The position numbers and the translations under genes are program-made. The notes beneath the pieces were generated by a model. It made no database searches and was not told the origin of the DNA. It saw nothing but the letters and a program-made list of their open reading frames with translations. DNA of 64,000 nucleotides. Origin: a virus. The stretch is from the IMG/VR virus record IMGVR_UViG_3300027734_000039. One strand, written 5' to 3'. The stretch's first letter is position 1. Each line of letters opens with the position of its first letter. This document shows, in pieces, positions 57,618 to 64,000 of this stretch.

Positions 57618-58229
57618 ATGATTTTTGATGATGATGCGTGGGAAACGAGTTATCGTGAAAAGCTTTCGAAAAAAAGGATTGGGTCTGTTGTTCCAGCAGT
57701 TACTTTCAAAACACGTGTTCGTGATGAAAGTGTTGGAGGATCCAATCCTTATCGTTGGCAGGATGTAAACAGCTACGATTATTTCGGAGGCAAACGTGTA
57801 ATTTTATTTTCGCTTCCTGGCGCCTTTACACCTACATGCGATACCTACCAGCTTCCTGGCTTTGAAAATAGCTATGAAGCATTTAAGGATATTGGTATTG
57901 ACGAGATCTATTGTATGTCAGTAAACGATTCGTTTGTTATGAATTGTTGGGCAACACAACAGAAAATTAAAAAAGTCAAAGTTATTCCCGATGGTAGCGG
58001 CGAGTTCACTAGCAAGATAAATATGCTTGTTAAAAAGGATAACCTTGGATTCGGCGAACGTTCATGGCGTTATGCTATGATTGTTAATAACGGTGTCGTA
58101 GAAGCTTGGTTTGAAGAACCTGGGTATACTCACGATGCTGAAACAGATCCATATGGCGAAACATCACCAGAAAATATTCTTTCATATCTTCGTGTGAAAG
58201 CTGTTGAAAAAGAACGTGGTAAATTTTAA
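57618..58229 (+). CDS. Peroxiredoxin (Prx5 type)
   Basis: LPGAFTPTC, SVNDSFVM and GFGERSWRY motifs. Confidence 0.93.
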   Translation: MIFDDDAWETSYREKLSKKRIGSVVPAVTFKTRVRDESVGGSNPYRWQDVNSYDYFGGKRVILFSLPGAFTPTCDTYQLPGFENSYEAFKDIGIDEIYCMSVNDSFVMNCWATQQKIKKVKVIPDGSGEFTSKINMLVKKDNLGFGERSWRYAMIVNNGVVEAWFEEPGYTHDAETDPYGETSPENILSYLRVKAVEKERGKF

Positions 58230-58245
58230 CTAAAGGAAATATAAT

Positions 58246-59073
58246 ATGAATTGGATTTGGTCTGACTTTGATCCTAACTCTGAAAACTCGCAAAAGTTGA
58301 TTAAAGCAAAACAAGAAAACGGTCCTGACTTTTGGAAAGAAATGCGGGAAGTTCTTGATTATGATTTGAAAACTTTGCCGATGGCAAGATTCAGATTTTG
58401 GGCATATATGCATATTATCCCTCTCGTAACTACATCTCGTTCAGCAAGGTTCATTGGCGCTGCTTTTACTGCAGCTTACAAGGATCCTATTGTTCATGAT
58501 GCTCTTATTGAAAATTGGGTTGGCGCTCCTTCTGGTACAGAAGCGCCGTTTAGAGTAGTTGATGACTTTAGCACATCAGCACAGCGTTGTCAGGACGTTG
58601 CTCACCTTACACTCAATGATTTTTGGCCAACCGATCTAAAGAAGTACAAGAGAATTCTTGAAATCGGTGGTGGTTATGGTAATATGTGTTCTGTAGTTCA
58701 TGACATGGGATTTGAAGGGGAGTATACACTTTTCGACTTTCCTGAAGTTCATAAGGTTCAAGAATACTATTTGACTAAAAATGGTTTGAATAACATTAAG
58801 TATGTTTCAGATTGGCAAGATTTGGAAACATATGATTTGGTTATCGCGACTTGGTCGTTGTCTGAAATTCCTTTGGAGTTGAGAGAAAACGTAATGTCAA
58901 AGATCAACGATTCTAAGGATTGGTTGGTCACTTATCAGGAAAACGCATTCAGCGGAACTCTTGATAATAGCAAATGGTTCCGTGATAAGTTCGAGGGTCG
59001 TAATCCTGAGTTCACGTTCATTCGCGATGTTCCTTATGATGGTAAAAATTTCTATATGAAAATTAAATCATGA
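58246..59073 (+). CDS. SAM-dependent (putative sugar O-) methyltransferase
   Basis: ILEIGGGYG, FDFPEV and DLVIATWSLSE motifs. Confidence 0.8.
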   Translation: MNWIWSDFDPNSENSQKLIKAKQENGPDFWKEMREVLDYDLKTLPMARFRFWAYMHIIPLVTTSRSARFIGAAFTAAYKDPIVHDALIENWVGAPSGTEAPFRVVDDFSTSAQRCQDVAHLTLNDFWPTDLKKYKRILEIGGGYGNMCSVVHDMGFEGEYTLFDFPEVHKVQEYYLTKNGLNNIKYVSDWQDLETYDLVIATWSLSEIPLELRENVMSKINDSKDWLVTYQENAFSGTLDNSKWFRDKFEGRNPEFTFIRDVPYDGKNFYMKIKS

Positions 59074-59489
59074 TAGTAGGGTTTACCTGCGGAACGTTTG
59101 ACTTGTTACATCCAGGTCATGTTTCGATGCTTAGAGAATGTAGTTCTCGATGCGACGTTTTGGTAGTGGGGTTACATACAGACCCCACTATCGAACGCCC
59201 AAATAAAAACAAACCAATACAATCGACCTTCGAAAGATACCTTCAACTCGAAGCAGTAAAATGGGTTGATAAAATTATCCCTTACGATACAGAAAGGGAT
59301 TTAGAAAATCTTTTCGCAACTTTGAATATAAATAAAAGGTTCGTTGGTTCGGATCATTTAAACGACGCAACGTGTTTAGATATTTGTAACGATCGAAATA
59401 TAGAAATTGTATATACTAATAGAGACCATGACTGGAGCTCTACTGAATTGAGAGATAAAATTGGAAAAGCGAAAAGCAGTATTCTTTGA
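59070..59489 (+). CDS. Cytidylyltransferase-like (TagD / HldE domain II) nucleotidyltransferase
   Basis: GTFDLLHPGH, GSDH and SSTELR motifs. Confidence 0.88.
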   Translation: MIVGFTCGTFDLLHPGHVSMLRECSSRCDVLVVGLHTDPTIERPNKNKPIQSTFERYLQLEAVKWVDKIIPYDTERDLENLFATLNINKRFVGSDHLNDATCLDICNDRNIEIVYTNRDHDWSSTELRDKIGKAKSSIL

Positions 59490-60009
59490 TCGCGACGGCG
59501 TAATTAACGAGCTCGTTGAAAGAGCAGATGGTAATTACACTTCTCCTTGGACCGTTGACGAGTTCAGATTCCTCCCTTACGTTAAAGAAGCAGTCAAGAC
59601 CGTAAAGGATCTTGGGTTTATGACTTTTGTAGTCACAAACCAACCTGGAGTTCATGACGGTGATATGGACCGTTCTCAGTTAGATCTTATGAATAAGATG
59701 ATTAAAAACTGGCTCGGTGTTGATGATATCCTTTACGCTCTTGATAAAACCTCTGATTATTACAAGCCAGGAAATGGTATGATCGAGGCATTAATTGAAA
59801 AGTATAATATCGATAGAGACGGAAGCTATATCATAGGCGATCGTTGGAAAGATATAGTTCCTGGATATAGAAGTAAACTGACTACAATGTTCCTTGGTGA
59901 CTTGTATGTTTACCCACACGACTTAAAAGAAATTCAACCTGATTATATGTGCATTGACGTTTTGGATGCATGCTGCACAATTATGGAGTTAGAAAATGAA
60001 GGGTTTTGA
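59461..60009 (+). CDS. gmhB: Heptose 1,7-bisphosphate phosphatase GmhB-like
   Basis: FFDRDGVIN, VTNQPG, KPGNGM and IGDRWKD motifs. Confidence 0.88.
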   Translation: MEKRKAVFFDRDGVINELVERADGNYTSPWTVDEFRFLPYVKEAVKTVKDLGFMTFVVTNQPGVHDGDMDRSQLDLMNKMIKNWLGVDDILYALDKTSDYYKPGNGMIEALIEKYNIDRDGSYIIGDRWKDIVPGYRSKLTTMFLGDLYVYPHDLKEIQPDYMCIDVLDACCTIMELENEGF

Positions 60010-60988
60010 AGAGAACGAGATTTCTAAGAACGCACATGGCGGAACGGAAATAACAAAGCGTAAACTTGCTAGTCTCGTTCCAGAAAAGTTGGCTAATGAG
60101 TTTCAAATTATTCCTTCTCGTTTTAGAGACCTTAACGAAGAAAAAATTCGCGTTTACTGGATGCACGACCTTGCTGAAGATCCAGAACTCAGTCATTTGA
60201 AATCTAAGGAAAGTAGAAACCGCTTTCATAAGTTCGTTTTCAACTGTAACTGGCAGCTAAACGATTTTAATACAAAGCTTGGGTTTCCTCTAGACGATAA
60301 AGTTCAAATTATCGAAACTCCAGTTGATCCTATTCCTCTTCTTGCAAAGGAAAAGGAAAAGGTAAATTTGATTTACTTTTCGACACCTCAGCGTGGTCTT
60401 GAGTTGCTCGTTCCTATTTTTGAAGAGATTGCAAAGAACAGACCGAATGTTCATTTGAATGTTTTTTCTAGCTTTAAGATCTATGGTTGGGAAGATTCCG
60501 ATAAGGCTTACAGTGGCATTTATGATCGTATTCGTAATCACCCACAGATGACATATCATGGCTTTGCCGATCAAGCTACTCTTCGCGAGCATGTACAAAA
60601 GTCTCATATCCTAGCCTATCCTTGTATTTGGAAAGAAACTGCATGTAGAGTTCTTATTGAATCTATGTCAGCAGGTTTGCTTTGCGTTCATCCTAACCTA
60701 GCAGCTTTGTCTGATACAGCAGGACAGCTAACTTCGATGTATCAGTTTAATGAAAATATTAACAGCCATGCCGAAACTTTTTATAAGCATTTGAGTCATG
60801 CTATTGATATTGTAAACGAAGATCAGGTTCAAAACTATTTGAAGTTTGTTAAAGCTTATGCAGATAGAAGATTCGATTCTAACATGATCGCTCATCAGTG
60901 GCAAAATATGATGATCGATCTTAAGGAAGCTTATCCTACAATCGAGTCGCGTAAAGCTCCTGCTAGAACTTTTACATATAAAACATGA
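59996..60988 (+). CDS. Glycosyltransferase (GT-B / GT4-like)
   Basis: GGTE; YFSTPQRGL; YP..ETAC..LIESMSAG. Confidence 0.85.
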   Translation: MKGFEENEISKNAHGGTEITKRKLASLVPEKLANEFQIIPSRFRDLNEEKIRVYWMHDLAEDPELSHLKSKESRNRFHKFVFNCNWQLNDFNTKLGFPLDDKVQIIETPVDPIPLLAKEKEKVNLIYFSTPQRGLELLVPIFEEIAKNRPNVHLNVFSSFKIYGWEDSDKAYSGIYDRIRNHPQMTYHGFADQATLREHVQKSHILAYPCIWKETACRVLIESMSAGLLCVHPNLAALSDTAGQLTSMYQFNENINSHAETFYKHLSHAIDIVNEDQVQNYLKFVKAYADRRFDSNMIAHQWQNMMIDLKEAYPTIESRKAPARTFTYKT

Positions 60989-61974
60989 TAGTAACAAAAA
61001 CTCCACTGCGTATTAGCTTCTTCGGTGGAGGGAGCGACATACCTCAGTTTTATAACGACCATCCTGGGCTTGTTATATCAACAGCGATTAACAAACACAT
61101 TTACATTGCTGCCAATCATTGTGTTGCTAATCATATCAAGCTTGTTTATTCAGAGATGGAATATCCTAAAAACATAGCAGACATTAAACACGATAGAATT
61201 CGTGAAGTGCTTCGTTATATGGGCATTACAAATAATATTGAAATTGCTAGTTTCTCCGACGTTCCTACGAAGGGAACAGGATTAGGTTCTTCATCTACAT
61301 TTACTGTTGGCATATTGGCAGCTCTTGCTAAAGAATATGGGTTTCCTTATAACAAGAGGGATCTAGCAGAACTTGCTTGTCATATCGAAATTGATAAGTG
61401 TAATGAACCTATCGGAAAACAAGATCAGTATGCTGCTGCCTACGGTGGCTTTAATGTTATTCGTTTTGATAAAGATAAAGTATCTGTAACTCCAGTTCCG
61501 ATTGGGATTGAAGTTTTGGACAAATTACAGTATAATTTATTTGCATACAATACTGGTATTAATCGTCAGGCGTCTTCTATCTTATCATCTCAAGTAGATA
61601 ATTTAAAGAGTGGCGGGGATACTATAGAAAATACAAAGGTAATGGTAGATCTAGCCGAAGAAGCATTAGGTTATTTGATTAATTCTAATTTAAATTCTTT
61701 TGGCGAGTTGCTCGATAAATCTTGGACTTATAAGAAAAAACTATCAGAAAATATCAGTAACATTCATATTGATAAAATGTACGAAACTGCTATGTCTGGT
61801 GGCGCTCTTGGTGGTAAGTTACTAGGAGCTGGTGGCGGTGGTTATATGTTATTTTATGTTCCTGAAGATAAACACTACACCTTTACTAAGAAAATGAATA
61901 ACTACGAAAGATTTAAATTTAAATTTGTAGAATACGGTTCTACCGTGGAGATGTTTAATAATGATAAAGAGTAA
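60985..61974 (+). CDS. hddA: Heptose-7-phosphate kinase HddA (GHMP family)
   Basis: TPLRISFFGGGSD, GTGLGSSS, GKQDQY and GKLLGAGGGG motifs. Confidence 0.9.
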   Translation: MIVTKTPLRISFFGGGSDIPQFYNDHPGLVISTAINKHIYIAANHCVANHIKLVYSEMEYPKNIADIKHDRIREVLRYMGITNNIEIASFSDVPTKGTGLGSSSTFTVGILAALAKEYGFPYNKRDLAELACHIEIDKCNEPIGKQDQYAAAYGGFNVIRFDKDKVSVTPVPIGIEVLDKLQYNLFAYNTGINRQASSILSSQVDNLKSGGDTIENTKVMVDLAEEALGYLINSNLNSFGELLDKSWTYKKKLSENISNIHIDKMYETAMSGGALGGKLLGAGGGGYMLFYVPEDKHYTFTKKMNNYERFKFKFVEYGSTVEMFNNDKE

Positions 61975-62560
61975 ATTTTTTTGCGATTATGCTAATATGA
62001 TCAAGGAAGCTTCTGTTAAAGTTGACGAGAAAGAAGTCGCAGAAGTTTGTGATATACTAAGAAATGCTTACCTCAATAACACCCCAGTTTATGCAATCGG
62101 TAACGGTGGCTCTGCTGCAATTTCTCAGCATTTTTCATGTGACCATTCTAAAGGTGTTTGTCACGATACTATGTTAAAGGGTAACGTAATTAGCCTTGCG
62201 ACAAACGTTTCTCTTATGACCGCCATAGCTAATGATTACAACTATGACGAAGTATTTTCAAAACAAATAGAATATGTTAATTCGAAGTTTGTAAGTTCTA
62301 TCTTAATCGCGATATCTTCTAGCGGTAACTCTAATAACATCCTAGAGGGGTTGAAAACTGCAAGGAGATTAGGATGGGCTACTATCGCTTTCGTTGGTTT
62401 CGATGGCGGTAAGGTTTACTCGGAAAAGCTTGCAGATAATATCATACTCGTTCCTAGTAATAATTATGGGGTTGTCGAAGATATACATCAAATGCTAATG
62501 CATTCTATCTCCCAGGAAATACGTAAAGAACACTGCTCTAATCCTTCTATGAAGTTGTAA
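61961..62560 (+). CDS. gmhA: Phosphoheptose isomerase GmhA (SIS domain)
   Basis: GNGGSAA..H; TAIANDY; ISSSGNS; EDIH..H. Confidence 0.9.
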   Translation: MIKSKFFCDYANMIKEASVKVDEKEVAEVCDILRNAYLNNTPVYAIGNGGSAAISQHFSCDHSKGVCHDTMLKGNVISLATNVSLMTAIANDYNYDEVFSKQIEYVNSKFVSSILIAISSSGNSNNILEGLKTARRLGWATIAFVGFDGGKVYSEKLADNIILVPSNNYGVVEDIHQMLMHSISQEIRKEHCSNPSMKL

Positions 62561-62629
62561 AAACCTAAATAATAGCAGTTGACTTTAAACCGAATATACG
62601 GTATTATATTATTAGAAATGGAAAGATAG

Positions 62630-63013
62630 ATGCATAGTAGTAATAACGTTATTCTATTTCCTAAACAGAGTGCTATTAAAAGTGAAGAGTTGGTGATAGA
62701 GGATATCGCTAACAAAGTAGAAATGATGAAATTATACCATATCCAAGAAACCATTGCAAACCTAGCTCCTATTATCTTCAATCAATTAGAAGTTGCTGGG
62801 TTTACTCTATCGGATGATGAAGTCGACGAAGATATTAAAGACGGCGCATTTATCATAGAAGCTTTGAGATCGTATATGTGTAAATACTATGATATCTACC
62901 ACCCGTTCCAGCAAATATCAGAGAACGTGTTTTCCCCAGATAACGAAGAAGTTGGCGCACTTAGAATTGCTGACTCTCTTTGTTTAGAATTGAAAAAAAG
63001 CGAAACCAACTAA
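62630..63013 (+). CDS. Hypothetical protein
   Basis: NVILFP N-terminus; HPFQ; TTGACT..TATTAT promoter upstream. Confidence 0.6.
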   Translation: MHSSNNVILFPKQSAIKSEELVIEDIANKVEMMKLYHIQETIANLAPIIFNQLEVAGFTLSDDEVDEDIKDGAFIIEALRSYMCKYYDIYHPFQQISENVFSPDNEEVGALRIADSLCLELKKSETN

Positions 63014-63023
63014 CAGGTGAAAT

Positions 63024-63881
63024 GTGATTATCGTTGATTTGAATCAGGTTATGCTTTCGAATTTGCTTATGCAATTAGGCAACCATACGAATGCGCAACT
63101 TGAAGAAAATATGGTTCGCCATATGATTTTAAATTCTATCCGTTCGTATAAGACCAAGTTTGGCGTCGACTACGGTGAAATTGTTATTGCTTGCGATAAC
63201 ACGAATTATTGGCGCAAGCAAGCCTTCCCTTACTATAAAGCTAATCGTAAAAAGAGTCAAGAAAAATCAGAACTTGACTGGAAGCAAATTTTCGAATGCT
63301 TGAATAAGATTCGCGCAGAGCTTAAAGAATATTTTCCATACCGTATTATTGATATTGAAGCCGCCGAAGCCGACGATATTATCGGAACCCTTGTAAAAGA
63401 GTTCGGGTCTGATCTCGGTAACGATCCTATTCTTATTCTTTCTGGCGATAAAGATTTCATTCAGCTACATACATATGCAAATGTGAAACAGTATGACCCG
63501 ACTCGTAAGAAGTGGATTACTCATAATGATCCAGAGCGTTACCTACAAGAACATGTTCTAAAGGGAGATAGCGGAGATGGCGTACCTAACGTACTTTCTA
63601 CTGATAATTGTTTTGTTGTTGGGGACCGCCAAAAGCCATTGACACAAAAGAAAATCGATGCATTGATTGAGCTTGGTCTTGATGATAAGTCAGATCATAC
63701 TTTGTTCAAAAACTATATGCGTAATAAAACGCTAATCGATCTCGAATATATACCTAAACAAATTCACCACAAGGTGATGGAATCATATAATGCACAGGGC
63801 GGCAAGGATCGTTCTAAATTGATGAACTACTTTATTTCAAATCGTTTGAAAAACTTAATGGAAAATATCGCGGAGTTTTAA
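63024..63881 (+). CDS. rnh: T4-type RNase H (5'-3' exonuclease)
   Basis: IIVDLNQ, YYKANR, EADDII, SGDKDF and KGDSGDGVPN motifs. Confidence 0.95.
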   Translation: MIIVDLNQVMLSNLLMQLGNHTNAQLEENMVRHMILNSIRSYKTKFGVDYGEIVIACDNTNYWRKQAFPYYKANRKKSQEKSELDWKQIFECLNKIRAELKEYFPYRIIDIEAAEADDIIGTLVKEFGSDLGNDPILILSGDKDFIQLHTYANVKQYDPTRKKWITHNDPERYLQEHVLKGDSGDGVPNVLSTDNCFVVGDRQKPLTQKKIDALIELGLDDKSDHTLFKNYMRNKTLIDLEYIPKQIHHKVMESYNAQGGKDRSKLMNYFISNRLKNLMENIAEF

Positions 63882-64000
63882 ATGCAAATCGGAATGGCAG
63901 AATTTTTAGAAAAAGTAGCAAAGCTAAAGAGAACACAAGAAAAGGTTGATGCGTTGAAGTTCAACGATAGCTATCCTCTTCGCGTTATCCTTCAGGCTTG
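63882..64000 (+). CDS. Hypothetical protein, 3' partial
   Basis: MQIGMAEFLEKVAK...; runs off the window. Confidence 0.55.
   Translation, partial: MQIGMAEFLEKVAKLKRTQEKVDALKFNDSYPLRVILQA

Noticed and set aside
59440-59489. Programmed frameshift fusing the nucleotidyltransferase to GmhB
   Set aside because: GmhB has its own TTG start with a purine-rich SD, and there is no clear slippery site or stimulator; an ordinary overlap explains it.
1-64000. Stop-codon reassignment, retron or diversity-generating retroelement
   Set aside because: Core genes are intact in the standard code; no suppressor tRNA or reverse transcriptase is visible.

Overview
This 64-kb window comes from a large T4-like (myovirus) dsDNA phage. 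The host is very probably an alphaproteobacterium, based on a permuted two-piece tmRNA, an RpoH promoter plus ROSE element, a DUF1127 gene and an alpha-type tRNA-Ile2. Layout: baseplate/tail genes (1-3.4 kb); gp32/gp59/gp33, tRNAs and tmRNA (3.4-6.4 kb); a GC-richer array of small early genes, each with a near-identical promoter (8-17.7 kb); spanins, Hsp20, endolysin and holin (19.5-23 kb); gp43/UvsX/gp41 (23-28.4 kb); a late cluster of putative capsid-internal/ejected and fibre proteins plus Dps (29-45.7 kb); primase, ThyX, NrdAB and a GIY-YIG nuclease (45.8-52.7 kb); tRNAs and host-like genes (YccA, RlpA, ClpP, Grx, AdoMetDC, Prx); an NDP-heptose biosynthesis/glycosyltransferase cluster (58.2-62.6 kb); and RNase H. 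Main candidates for new biology: (1) a ribosome-rescue toolkit (two-piece tmRNA, a 39-aa ArfA-like ORF missing from the ORF track, ClpP, a non-canonical UAU tRNA and a basic micropeptide); (2) putative virion polyproteins punctuated by a repeated ESGP-KKK-xxE signal; (3) a standalone structured late ncRNA at 28.9 kb; (4) an early gene-cassette array whose stop codons are the -35 boxes of the next promoter; (5) a mixed-type heptose pathway. All product calls come from motif recognition by eye; no database searches were run.
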